Origin: Acanthaster planci
Lineage: Eukaryota
DNA: 64,000 nucleotides
Direction of reading: 5' to 3'
NCBI RefSeq assembly: GCF_001949145.1
Contig: NW_019091361.1
Location: 2,775,825-2,839,824, forward strand
The translations under genes were made by a program, and so were the position numbers. This document shows positions 1-13,600 of this stretch, one piece after another (position 1 is the first letter of the stretch; the number at the start of each line of letters is the position of its first letter). A model generated the notes under the pieces. The model ran no database searches. It was not told where the DNA came from and worked only from the letters and a program-made list of their open reading frames with translations.

Positions 1-2620
1 TATGGCAACTGGTAGCTTGTTACAGTTCATTACGTTTAGCTTCTTTTTAACTGTGTAAATTTTAAAATTTTATCTGGACTGGTTTACTAAATCAACATTT
101 ACAAAAGAGAAACACAAAGCACAAATGTCATGAACCAAACAGGTAAAATGCTAATTTTGATCTGAACCAGGCAGCCTGAAACCAAATACGAATCCCACAT
201 ACGTGAAGGATTAAATTGTAACTGGCCCCCTTATTCTTCATCTTATTTGGTTCCCAGCTGCTAGGTATGTCTATTTGTGCGATTTTTTAGGGTACCAGTT
301 TAGCCTAGCAGTCCGTATAAAACCGCGCGGCAGGCGTTACTCGCCCGCCTGCAGTGGTGGTCGACTTGCGCAGACCAGTATTCCTGCATAGTTGTACGTA
401 AGTGCGGGAAAGAAGCCCCGTACTGGAGTGTGAGTTTGGCATAGCAATGTAAATAATTGAGACATATATCACCGTACTGATAGCTAATCACCAAGCCACA
501 CTGGAAATTAGTCAATTTTAATGATTGTCCTTTTTGAATCTTGAAAGGATCAGTAATTTACACTCATTGTAATTTCTTAACGTTGTGTGCCGCGGAGGTA
601 AAGCGCCTTTGCGAAGGCTCATGTTTTTGTGAATGATGAAGAAACGTGGCCCTGTATCAACTGTATCTGTCCCCTTGTTACTTTTCTTGTTCATCAAGGC
701 TGTTGTGCTGCGGGCCTGGCGGTAAACTGCTGCCAAAACGGATCGGCGCCACCGGCTTTCAAAGGCTAGACCGCTCGCTGACGTGGGCTGGCCCGACCGG
801 GTAGCAAACTCCAAAAGACGAGACTGCCACAGTATTGTTGCCGTGACTGACTTCACAAGTAGGCCTCGCTTAGGATTTCGTGTCACCGTACACACGAATG
901 CCCATCGCGATTTTATTCGAATTTCGGTATAAAAAACAAGGAATATACTTAGTTCAGTCATTTAAAGAAACGGAAACGCAGTTGAAATTCAGGTTCAACT
1001 TCAGCTACCGAATGACACCAAACAGCGCAAGACTGGTTTCGATTGACTGAACTTCAAATGACATCGATAGGTATAGCTTACGGTCCAGACACCAGACTGT
1101 GTAGGCCACTTGGTGGAAATAAAAAAGCGTTGTCTATACACGTTTCACGAGGTCACTTATCTCAATGCGTCAGTCCGTGAGGTAATAATTTAAATTTTGG
1201 AGAGGTATGTCAATATGTCTAATTACCCAAATTAATTTAATTAGCCTTTCAGAGCACCTGTCAGTTTGAAATTTTTAGAAACAAAAATTCATCATGCATA
1301 ACAAGAATATGCTAAAAACCCAAATTCGTCAAAAATTGACATAAGTCAGATCGTCGTACGATCGACGAAATAATGGCACGCACAAAGTTTATTTCAATTC
1401 TAAACTGAACTCAAAAAGAAACGAAAATCTTTTGGGCACAACTGCAACAACGTTTTAGTACGTTTAATTGCTAAGCAAAACCTTGCAAATTATAATTACT
1501 TTCTGGGAAAAATTCTCACAAGAAATTAGCACAAGTGCAGATCACTTCAGACGTGTGTTATCAGTATAGTGAAGGAACAGAACAGTTCTTTTAACTTAGT
1601 GAATCATTAACAATTTTGTAACTAAAAACTACCAAAGTCGTTAAATTGTCAATAAACAAACAGGGATGTGCGTTATCCGTCCTGTGAACAAGTACAGTGA
1701 CGACAAACAAGTTTATTGGGAGAAAATACGACAGTGCGACAGCAATGTGTTGTTGATGGTAAGATAATGCGTATCTATATTGGCTGTAACTCTAACTTGT
1801 TCTATTGTGTATAAAATAATCTTACGAGGATTTTTCTTTAGTCTGAGCGCAGAATGAAAGTGCATTAGATAGATTTAAACGTCGCTCTGTTCATTATGCG
1901 CGGGGAGGCCTTGGGTTATAAAACGACTCCTTTGATTGGTTGAACCTGCTATTGTCATTATGGTCACCAGGGTCATTCGTTATCCTCAGCCCGTGCACAA
2001 TGGCAGGAAATAGGAATGACACTGGGAGAGGTATAAAAGGCGCGAAAATCGTTTAAGTTGCCGTGAAAGAGACGTAAAAGCTTTTAGCTTCATTTACATG
2101 ATGACACCGTTGTGGTTTATTGCATTAAAACATACAAATAAACAAACAGAGAAACTTTTTAAATAAAAAGATCGCTGAATCGTTCATTGTAAGTCTCTTT
2201 TCAGAGAGTCAATTAAAATTAATATCCACATCCCAGAGGATTTTTAAACCTATTTCATTCTTAATATCAGCATTTTAGTCATATCTATGAGAACAGTCCT
2301 CCATGGTGACATTGCTTAAATCCTCAATTGTTCTCCCTTTCACATGCATGCCGTCCAAAGAGCTAGAGTTACCCTGGAGACTTATCAAGTAATGTTTAAA
2401 GCAACAGTGGAAACAAAAGCCTAATTCTTGGCCAAAGTGGGGTGGGGCAGGGTGAGCAGTGGCGTATCCAGCTGGGGAACTTCCCCCCCCCCCGATTTGT
2501 TTTTTTACAAAGAATACTTCATAGGTAAGAAAGAAATCGGTGTATTTATTTATCAAATATGATTTTATTTATATCTGTTAATTCATCCAACAGCGCATTT
2601 TGCAGCGCATCCACAATCAG

Positions 2621-2819
2621 GATGAAGTGAAAATTACGACAATAAAGAAATGTTCAGTTTTAGAGGTGGGAGGGAAACCCAGAATGAATATTCCAGGGAA
2701 AACCCACCGAGTCAGGTCGGGACTGAAAACCAAATCCACATGCTGGCCTAGGTGGGATTCGAAGCCGGATCGCACAGGTGGAAGACGAGGAAAGAGCCAC
2801 CACACCAACCTGACTCCCC
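2621..2819 (-). mobile_element. tRNA-derived SINE with V-SINE/MetaSINE-like core
   Basis: Minus strand: GGGGAGTCAGGTTGGTGTGGTGG (A box) ... GGCTTCGAATCCC (B box) ... GTGGGTTTTCCCTGG...GGTTTCCCTCCCAC; diverged second copy near 38.2 kb. Confidence 0.7.
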
Positions 2820-4575
2820 AAACCCTGAAAAAGACAACACCATGAAATAAAAGCAAGGATGCCGGGATTACGAGTAAGTCTTTTGATATTTTTTTTCTCC
2901 CTTGGCATCACGTTGAACGAGCCCGAGGCCGCATTCGCTTTTGAATTTGCACCCGACATTAAAAGGTGGACACGCTGCTGGGTGGGGGAGGGGTGTGGAA
3001 AGACGGGGTAGAGTGAGAAAACCCACACGTAGAATATTTTTTCGTTCAATGTTTCATGTGGAACTAAAAAAAAACCAGTTGTAACTTTTGATGAGCATCG
3101 TATTTGCTTCTTTTACTATAGGCCTAGCACATGAAAAGAAGGACAACAGAGAACTGACCGTGGCAAAAGATAAAAACTGCAACTCTCGACGCTCAAGCTC
3201 CTGTGACAAAGTATGGCTTATACCGAAGATTACATCACAGTTTCACTAATAAATATCGAAATTAGTATTAGTTACATTAGGTAATACTAAAAATGAAAAC
3301 AAAATTAGGCCTCTGTAAAAAGATGGCTCTTTGAAGATCTCCAATATTATTCTTTAGCAATTTCCCACACTTTTCAAACTTTCAACACTGAACTTCCCAC
3401 GAGTAACTCCATAACAGCTCAGTTTCCCTCCTTAAAATAACATTGTCAGCGCTGTGATTTCACGTATGGGCTCAGGTCTATGAAATCAAGGAACAAAATC
3501 ACGATGAAGGAAGAGTTTGGAGAACCAGAAAATGATTGGCTATAACGCTGGTATATATTGCATTGACGCATGCACCGCTGACGCCAACAGGATTTACCAT
3601 TGCACATGACCAACACAATCACTCGGTTTGTCCATCAAGATGTCAGTGCACTTCTGTACGTTGAGTGAGGTTTGGCTGGTTGTATTCCATCCTGGGCGAG
3701 CGGACTTCGTGAGTGGCTGGCGTCCATCACGTGACGGAAAATTTTGGAAGCGCAACCGGCATGCAATCATGGCAAGGTCAGTCGGCGAACTCGTGAAAAA
3801 TGCGTTCCCCTTCGCCGAAGTCGCCACACTGTTCGGTGCACAGCTGCAACTGTCATCGGCAAGTTAACACGCTGTAAATTGCAGCATGGATTTGTAAAAA
3901 AAAAAGTATACTGTCTCCCATATCCAAGCCATACCTGCTTCCCTTAAATAAAGCACCCTTAAATAAAGTTGGCCTGAATTCAACTTATCGGGCATGGATG
4001 AACATCGACCCCCCCCAAAAAAAGCCTACGTAAATAAAACGGAGACGCTTGGGGGTGGTTGAGTAAGTTCAGTCTCCATTAGTCTCCGATTTTTCATAGC
4101 TCCCAAAACAATAAGATGACATGAATTATATTTGCATCAACAAAAGGATGTGCTCCTATTTTTTCGACAATTCGTGGAAAATGGGATTAACTGTTCCTTC
4201 TCCCATCAATTCCACCGAAATTGCCGTTTATTCAAGGAAAAAATCACAAGCTCACTGAGTCACCGTCATGATGACGGTAAGATTTTCGTTTAATTGGCTG
4301 GTTTCCACGCAAGAATCGTGCACGAAACTCACTGATTTTTCGATCATTTTCCAATTTAATAATCGTAAACGAACCCAGCGCAACGCAATAGGTCATTAGA
4401 CCAGGTGACAATATTTTTGATAGGCAAAATGTCCCTAGAGAGCACTGTCGTGAGAGAGATCACACAATTATGCAGCGGTCACATAATATAAAAAGAGGAT
4501 ATTCATAATGAACTAATGAGTGAAGGGTACAGGAACACGATACGGCACATCGCTTCCCTGTTGTTGTAAATAAAA

Positions 4576-4856
4576 TAGTTTATAAAATTCATGCTGTGAT
4601 GATTTTACCTGTAAATGACTTTACAAATATCTTTTTATATCATGAGACAAAAGGACTCTCTACTCTACTCTAGTTTATAAAATTCATGCTGTGACGATTT
4701 TACCTGTAAATGACTTTACAAATATCTTTTTATTTCATGAGACAAAAGGACTCTCTACTCTACTCTAGTTTATGAAATTCATGCTGTGATGATTTTACCT
4801 GTAAACGACTTTACAAATATCTTTTTATATCATGAGACAAAAGGACTCTCTACTCT
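4576..4856. repeat. Tandem repeat, 95-bp unit x ~3
   Basis: Units start at 4576, 4671 and 4766 (TAGTTTATAAAATTCATGCTGTG...GGACTCTCTACTC). Confidence 0.95.
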
Positions 4857-7800
4857 GAAAGTGAAAAGAGTAATAGACAAAAATTAATATAAAAAAGTAA
4901 ATGGCAACGTAACCTACACTTCCCCCAAATATAAAACCAAATTTAAAAGAACATCATTTATATATTTCCTAGCATTTAAAAATACATGAAATGCTCTTAA
5001 TGTTTTGTACATATTTGTAGGATCTTTATAGTCATTGTGCCTTTTTCTCAAGAAGTGTGTTCAATGTTCTTTGTAACATACATTTGGACATGTAATTGCA
5101 GACAGTTTCTATAATTAAACAACTTTACATACGTCGTTTGTTGACAAATCAATGTTTTCCAAATTCAAGCTCGACTTTGCAAGATGGCACATCTACAAGA
5201 GGCGTTCACTGTCATTTCCATCTTGCAATAATCACTCCGTCAGGATAAGTGTACGATTATTCATCGTCTATTTAAAGTGAGATACAACGAACGCACTTGG
5301 GTGATTTTCCAATGTGTTTAACCGCGTACTATTCCTTCCTCCATGGTTTAACTTTGCAGCCGCATTTATCAAGGCGGTATGATTCACTGACATATCTGCC
5401 CATAATTCTCCACTCAATCCGTCGGTGCTACAACAACATCCTTACACCCCAGTAAACTATCTGCATATTCCTATTTCAGACGGGCCAAAATACGCCTGTA
5501 TCATCACAGTCCCGAGTGGTTTGTGGGTATGAACAACATCGGAGATAGACGCGATAACCGGAGTGAGTCTGGCACCTCACTGTCGCCTCCAAAGAGGCTG
5601 ACTCAACCACCTTCCCAAACTGCTAGCGTTCATGTTCACAGTTAAAATTAACCTTTCAATTCTTAACACCCCCCCAAAAAAAACATATGAACTTGAATCG
5701 AATGCATTACAAGTAAGAGTAATAACAAGCACGCGTACTTCCCATTTGACGATACAATTTAATTTCTGCAGCAAAACATTCGTTCATCTTTTGAATAATG
5801 ACATTCCACGGGCCTTATCTGGCTACCACCATTTCAAGATAGCGATTATACAACAACGGTAATCTAACACTTGCTGAAAGACCAGAACAAAAATAATGCT
5901 GTAGTTTGTCGGAGACGCCTATCGTTTGTCGTTACTTTTTTCTCGAATTTTCGGAATAGAAAAGTAGAATCAGTCTCTGAAATCAAGTTCTATTCAAAGA
6001 AAAAAGGAGCAACTTATCAGGTTTCCATTTCTATAGAGAGTAATTTTTGGTCGCATTATGGTGATGATTATTTCAAGCCCAAAAGTGAAAGAAAATTTTA
6101 ACGTTTAATCCGTAAACAGATGCCTAGATATTTTTAAAAAGTCCAATTGTGACGCCGATAGAATTCATTCAAATCTCTCACTGATCATTTATATCATCAT
6201 GCTTAGTGTGCAATGCGCAACATCACCTTCTTAAAAACAGCATACATTTCTTCAGCAAACACTCTCAGTAAAGTCTGTTAACAGAGTGGAGGCTCAAGGA
6301 GAAAGTAAGAAAAACTTGTTTTGTCAGAACAAAAGACCCATGCTGTGTTTTCTCCAAAGCAAGGATATAATGTAAAGCAGGTAGATGTCAGGCGTTAAAT
6401 TTTGGAAACTGTTCAAAAACAAAATGCAAAAGTTCACTGGATTGGAAGTATGGACAACACTGTGATATAATAATTATAAAAAGTCCTAACTATTTTTAAG
6501 CACATCGAAAATTGATTTGGTGTTGTGAAAACGAATGACAAGTAATCATTTTTGACCAGTTGTGATGTGATTGTCACTTTAAAATGACATTTGTAGTGTC
6601 GATAATGTGTATTTTATCAGTGTCACCTGACAGTACTTTGGCCTGTGACGGTCACACGGCCTTGAGATGAAAACCCGTTATAGTTCTTGCAATCCACATC
6701 CGACATTTGGCTATGTACTCAGGAGTTTCCCGCCACTTTTCAGACGCGGTGGCGCGCCCTCCAACCCATAGCCTTTCCCGAGGTCCCTTGACCCGCGAGT
6801 TATGCGGGGATTGATGGATAAAAAGCATGGCGGATTCCAAAATGCGAGGGGAAAAAAATAATTCCACCCGTTTACCGGGCTCACGGGTAGTAAATGCCCT
6901 CCACTCACGCGGGGACACATCTCACTTCCGGGGGTTAGTTGATACAGGGATTAGGGTGCAACTTAGCAGTCATTATGCTGACTACTTACAAAAGTCTCTT
7001 GGGTTTACATGCAGAATCAAACAGCAACAATAAAATTATAGGGACTTGTACGCAGCATATTGATCTGAACAACAAGACTCCCATTCAAAGCCAAGGTTCA
7101 CAAAAATAGACTTTGTACATACAGAACGGCCCACCTGCATAGGAGTCGTCTTCGGTCATTCCAATATGCAGGAACAATTGCACAAAGTAGCCCCATGCCT
7201 ATCTTGCGTTATTTGCCTTTTCAGATGACCGCCAGGACATTCTGCAGAACCTTGCTTGTTACTTACAAGCAAGGTTCAGGTTAACCATAGAGCTATGATG
7301 ACGTCATCCAAGTTACCAACAGCGGGTTCCTTTGTGCGATTAAAAAGTGAAAATCGTGGTAAAATCCAGTGAGGATCACGAATGTACAAAACAAGCAAAC
7401 AAACTTACTATGACCATAGAAATGCCCAGATACATCAGAGCTACTAGATCCACGATTAGTGCTTCTCTGGAATTGAGTCCACGTTCGAGTTGCTACGACC
7501 CTTCACGCTCAGTTTACCCATGGTTTTATACCGTGGTAGTGTGGACGATCACGAGGCTGCCGAGCGCGACGCAAACTACACTGTACATCCACCGGGGCGC
7601 AGAACCTTGGAGTCTACCGTGCTTCAGGTGCTTGCGCCCCGTCTGTTTGGGGGTGTTTTCCCGGGGAAATCCCAGTACTCTGGACCGCCTAGTGAAATCA
7701 ACAGCAAAGTGTAATCAACGCTCTTCATCACTCCATCAGCCACTATATGGTGTTGCCAGAAATAAGTGGGTCCAAATCTCCAACAATAATAACGTTGAAA

Positions 7801-10454
7801 CACGGTGCATGCAGTCAAGAATTCCAATGCCGCAGGTGAGCACATCTACACAGAAAACCGCTGCCGCCAGCATTTTACATTTTGAACTTTTCAATACGAG
7901 AGCCTACGCGAGACAATGTTGGGAAAACCCATTCCATTCCAATCCTACTTGAGAAAAGCTCTTGCGACAGTGGTCTTTACGCGTGCAGAGCCTCGGTCGC
8001 ACGTTTTGACTTCAAACGGCAAACGCATACTCGGATTGATGAGTGCGCCGTAAAAATCCGATCGTCACCAGATCGGACTTGGGGCAGTTGTGACGTTCTC
8101 GTGAATAACAGGCCTCTAAATGGCAGCTTCTGATGCCGTTTCCCCCAGGCTGCATCAGCGCCACGCCGAGGAAGACACAAAAAAAGTTCACAATACAAGA
8201 CTGATGACAGACCTCCCTTCGTCACTCACATCATAACTAGGGCCCATGGTCAAACTCCTTGGGGATACAGGCAGAGGTTTTCATCGAGTTCGCCAAAAAA
8301 GAGGGAAGCCACAAGCAAGGCGGAAGGCGCCGCTTTAGAAAGTAGTCATCATTGTCTTTCCTAGCAGACGGCCGACTCATCAGTTTAAATTAAAACGATC
8401 TACCTAGTGTCACCCCCTAAAAGGAAATGACCATTTGGAGGTGAATTCCTCGGTAACTAATCAGCATTTTTCGTGAAGGTATATGCTTTATTTCAAACTT
8501 AATTTTTTCCATTCATCTGATACCGGCAAGATAATGATTGGGTGACGCATGAGTGATCAGAGATTCTGAATTGGTGACGCCAAAATTGGCTTTGTTCACG
8601 CGATTGTAGCAGTCAGCTGTGGTGCGTGTACTTTTAGGCTGCTTCAAACGGAAGACTCTTAAAACTATTGTTTTGACATTCGTGGCGCACAGGATAACGT
8701 TTTGAAAGGACATGCAGTGGCACATCCAGGATTTGGTTCTGGGGGGATGGGGTGGGGACTTCTTTTCTACAAACCATTGTCAAATTTTTAATCATCCTTA
8801 CAAGAATCCTAAGCTCCCTCCCCCAAGAAAAGCCGCAATACCGTTTGTGAAGTGTAAAATAACGCCAACAGCTCTCTTTCAGATAAAGAATGCAGTTATA
8901 GAAAATAATTTACGCAGGGTGTACCTCGCAAATCTTGGTTTTATAAGGACATCCTATACAGGACAATTAGAAGCACGCACTTTGGGCTGGCAAGTTTCTT
9001 ACTGATTCTGAATTGATTTTTCTCAAGCAAATAATTCCTTTTCTCTCTCTCTTTCTGCACCCATGGAGTTTTTGTCATTTATTGCTAGTGACCCATTCGA
9101 TTTTGAGTCGTGCGTGCATGAATGTGGAAATTGCTTTTAAAAAATTATTTTCCTTTCAAATTTTGTAATTGATGCGGTAGGATTTTTTTCTTGAAAACAT
9201 CGATGATCACATCTGAGCGAGCAAATTATAAAGCACTAGCATTACACAAGGATATCAATTCACATGCCCTTGTTACCCCGTTGTTAAGCTTAACTCGCTC
9301 AAGATCACTGGACATAACACTGCTAAGTAAGAATCCTATGAAAAATTACAGCACATTCTGTAGAGGAATTGCACTTATCATTTTTTCATTGGTTCCATGC
9401 CAAGTTAAAGGAACAGTAAATACTTTCTATCGGTAAAACGCGTGGAACTCAACCGAGGCCAAGATATCATCCGCGAAGCTGGGTGACTCACCATATCAAC
9501 AGCAACTTGGCATCACTCCCTTGCCTGCACTTTAAAAGCGGACGACAATCATGGTGCTATCCAAAAGAGAATAGCGAACAAACATTCAGAAGATACGCGA
9601 CCTACATGTAGTTTGAAGTTACGCAATTGGTCGCTCAAAAACTGTTCTAACTTTTGCAACATATTATGCACAGGTAAACCGATGCGACTAGTACTGTATA
9701 CACAAGTACAGTATCATGGTCAACAGTGTCTAACTGAACTTAAAACGTCAATTTCTATTCCATGCAAGGAAGTGCCAAATAGGCAAAAATTTAGCCTGGT
9801 CGAAACATACACAAGAACTTCATTTTGATGTACAGTGTACGTATCTAACAGTGTCTTACTTAGGACGCCCAAAATTCTTCTTTTTTCAGTGCAAGAAAGT
9901 GTTAATGGACAAAAAAATAGCAAAAGTAACTTTGATTACATTTCTGGTGGTTTCAACTAGCCATGGATACTCTTAAATACAGATTTTGTTCCTCAGTTCC
10001 CTAAAACATCCCTCTTGAGCTAATTCACATCCACGTGAGGGTTTCTAACATATCGCGTCCAGCACCCCATTTTGGAACGTGTTGCTCACGGTTCACGAAA
10101 TTTCTTTAACGTAAAACAGGTTAGACTTTGAACCGATGAGCATTGATCACAGATCATAATACCTACCAGTAACATGGAGTCCAACTACCACTAGTTGGAC
10201 TCCATGTTGTGGAAAATTCCACGTCATTCCCTCCGACGCAAGACAGGGAAAGAATTTGACAACACGCACGAAGTGTCCTTCAGCACATGACAGGGAGGGG
10301 GGTTAAAAAGGAATGTGCAAACTAAGGCTGCATCCGAATCTGTTGTCTAGAGCTAGGTCTGGGTCTTAACTCCATTAGAAATACGCACAGACGTGCAGAC
10401 AATAGACCTAGCCGTAGCACTAGACACTCGTTTCGGACACGGCCTTTAATAATA

Positions 10455-10668
10455 AGGCGGCTTTCCATATGTACAATGTACATATTTTGGGTGCGTTGCG
10501 TATACGGTGCGTTCATGTGTTTCACTTTTATGCGCACAAAAATCGACTCCATTAACATAACGCACGTGTGCGTTGAGTTCGGCCGTCAAAATCGCACCGA
10601 GAGCGATTTTGACGGATACGCAACGCTTGGCGCAAGTGTTAACGCGCACAATTTATGGAAAAACGCCT
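10455..10668. mobile_element. MITE (non-autonomous DNA transposon)
   Basis: TIRs AGGCGGCTTTCCATA / TATGGAAAAACGCCT flanked by TA; internal hairpin CCGTCAAAATCGC..GCGATTTTGACGG. Confidence 0.65.
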
Positions 10669-13600
10669 TAAATCTATTAGCCATGTACGTGTATGATTTG
10701 AATAGCGCCCTCTTTGCTGAACCATAATGTTTTAGCCACGATGTACATGTAGGTATTGAGGATAGCGTGCCGCTCTGGGCGCACAACGGAAAAATAGTCT
10801 GGCTAGAATAATGCTCACTACTCACGCGATGCTCGACGAAATTATTCCAGCCAAGGCCCATTTGATTTTCCTTTAGATTTCAGGAAACCATGTTTTAAAT
10901 TATCCACTCCCAAGGGTTAGCTTAGGGGTAAAACCGTTTCGTCTTTTGGGACAGTAAAATACTGTTTGGCCAAGTTGACACCCGCATCTCGTTATCTTGA
11001 AACGTGTACCAAATAACCCAATTCGAAACTTCCGACACTTTCAAGCTCATGACAACCACAGCCAGATTCAACCTGTCAGCGAAAAGCAACCGTTTAATCT
11101 GTTAAACTGTGCCACACTTGTGACAGAGGTCGGTGGTTGCAAGGTTAATGCCAGTGTTTACGTACACAGTAAACACTGTCCAGTATTGGCATGATTATGG
11201 AATAAGAAAAGTTGTGTGTTGAAACCAGAAATAAAAGAGAAAGCAGTTTCAAAAATGGACGATTGGTGAAATGTTGGAAGAGTAATTTAGGCTGGCTGAC
11301 TGACTGAAACTTCAAATAATTAACATCGCAGATGTTGTTATTCTTTTCACTGTATGAGCATGTTTCAACCATGTGTGCTGTTCAAGTACATGGGAGATTG
11401 ATGTCATTTTTCATACCCGTAATCTCAGTTATTATGTCAGCAACGAAATGACCACGAAGTACGTGTACATGCATGGGAGTGATTCTCACCGCACTTTTTT
11501 TTTCTGGCAGGAATGCCTGTTTTCGAGCGACCTTTTTGGGAAGGGTAAACACTGCAGAATAAGAATACTGATAAAATATCGGGAAGTGTGAATCGTGGGG
11601 AAAACTAACAAAGATATCGCAGCATCTTATCATTTCATTTTGGGTGCTAGTTAAAGACTGAAATTGGATAGGGTTGCATATCCATCTTGATAAAAACAAA
11701 AACTTTCTTTTTTAAATAAACTGCAGTGTGCAATGTTATTTTGACATTATTTTCGAGACATATCACGCAATGAAAAAAGGATAGTGTATCTTGGTTACAC
11801 AAATGCCGATCAGAATCTCCAGTAAGTCGCCACTCTGCAAGACCCGACACATGTGTCGGGTTTACCCACAGCCCAGCTGCCAAACTACAGTGTGGTAAAG
11901 AATTACGTAATACCTCATGAACCAGTGTCCTTGGAAAACATCTCTCCTTACTGAAAACAGACGTGATCTCCACATTACAATCTTTTTATAAAAAAACCTT
12001 CATCGGGAAGAACCTGCACGTGCCCAGTTAATGTCTAAAGGCTTCAAAATAGGCACAACAGTTGGTTCACAAGTATTGCCAATTGTTTTCTTTCACTAAC
12101 ACAATATTTTTTTCCTCAGTGAAGTGCGATCAAGATTGCATATTGCACCAATGAGATATGGAATCTGGCCACCAAAACAACAAACATACCTAGGAAATGA
12201 AACGTTTCGCTTTATGATCATCACAAGTCCAATGTATTATGACGATGATATATCGTCATATAGGGAATATTAATCGCCAACAATTTTTCTTTTCTTAAAC
12301 ATATAGTGTAATTCGACCAGCAGAACTAGAATCCATTACTGCGGTGGCACAACGCTCGTGGACAGATAAAACGCGCGCGTTACATACCTCTTCGACCAAC
12401 AGGGTGTCGTGATTTGCCAGATGCACGCGCGCGCGCGTCAAGCTGAAGAATGTGCGTGTGAGTGCGGTGCCACCGCAGTTATGGCGTCTAATCAGATTCA
12501 GTTCAGGCAAGCAGTTTCTGATCAGTGTTTCACGGAACCATCCGCCTGTATCAAAAGCATTTTTGCGAAACGAAAATTTCTCATTATTTTAGAGTTGCAG
12601 GAAAGCTGGATAACTGGGGCACTGGTGGGTACGGGTGGGTGTTTCCTCAGCGGAAGTCAGCGCCGCCTGGTACATGGTGCGGTGCTACCTCCACTTGAAA
12701 TGCGCACAGCCTATACGGTGTCTGCTTGAAAAAAAATGCACCCCCATGTTCCCTACAGACCCGTACGTCACTGTTGCAGAACCATACAAAATATGAAAGA
12801 ACTTAATGGAATTGGACCAAACTTAAACCATCATCCAAGTCCACCGATTCTTTCGGGTTATAAACTATTAAATTTAAAGTATACAGGGCATAAATAAATG
12901 CCAACACAACGAACGTGATTGCTCAAGAGTAAATATATACATACGTAAAAAGCCAAAACTCTCAATCCTCCAATGTCAATATGATTTTACCACACACACC
13001 TTGGGGAAGGGGTAGGTTTAACTGAGGCAATTTATATATTCACCTAACATTTCCAAGATTCCTTTTTCATCGTGTAAAAGCCATCAGAGCAAGGGAATAC
13101 TGCGGTCTTCGATCATGTCACCACATCATATCATGATAATTCACTCCTGGAACGAGTCGACTCGCTTCCACATCGCTGGGCTTGCAGGGTCAAACACATG
13201 TCACGCATGTAGAGTGTCGTTCTTCAACATCCTTATTTTTTACGTGTATACGAAGTCTGTGTTCATAAGTCCATGAATTATGAACAAACAGGAATTCCTT
13301 TTTGGTGCCAATGTAGTCCTGTACTTCCAGTGGCAATAACATTAAACTGAAAAAAGGTCTGCCGTCTATTACTGGTGACACCCCAGCGAAATGATACGTT
13401 GCTTGCCATGATGTAGCGGAGCACATGTTTTGGCGACCGAAACTTGGATGTAAGCCACGTCCGGGTCGGACAGAACGCACGCACCCAGCCTGTGTCTCCC
13501 GTACCTCGCCAGGTTGACTGCGACGTCAGGACGCCATTGTGGTCATAAAAATTCATAGTATGAAATGACCTGGATCGTAAAGCCAAGCTGGTCCTTTCTT

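Noticed and set aside
518..961. 147-aa minus-strand ORF (also 7347-7952, 201 aa, plus strand)
   Set aside because: No recognisable domain or consistent splice structure.
3598..3871. Exon-like block on the minus strand with good acceptor and donor
   Set aside because: Stops in all three frames and no recognisable homology.
5160..5561. Fragments resembling a TGF-beta C-terminus (minus strand) or a spondin-like SPEWFVG exon (plus strand)
   Set aside because: Similarities are only a few residues long, with multiple stops; not supportable.
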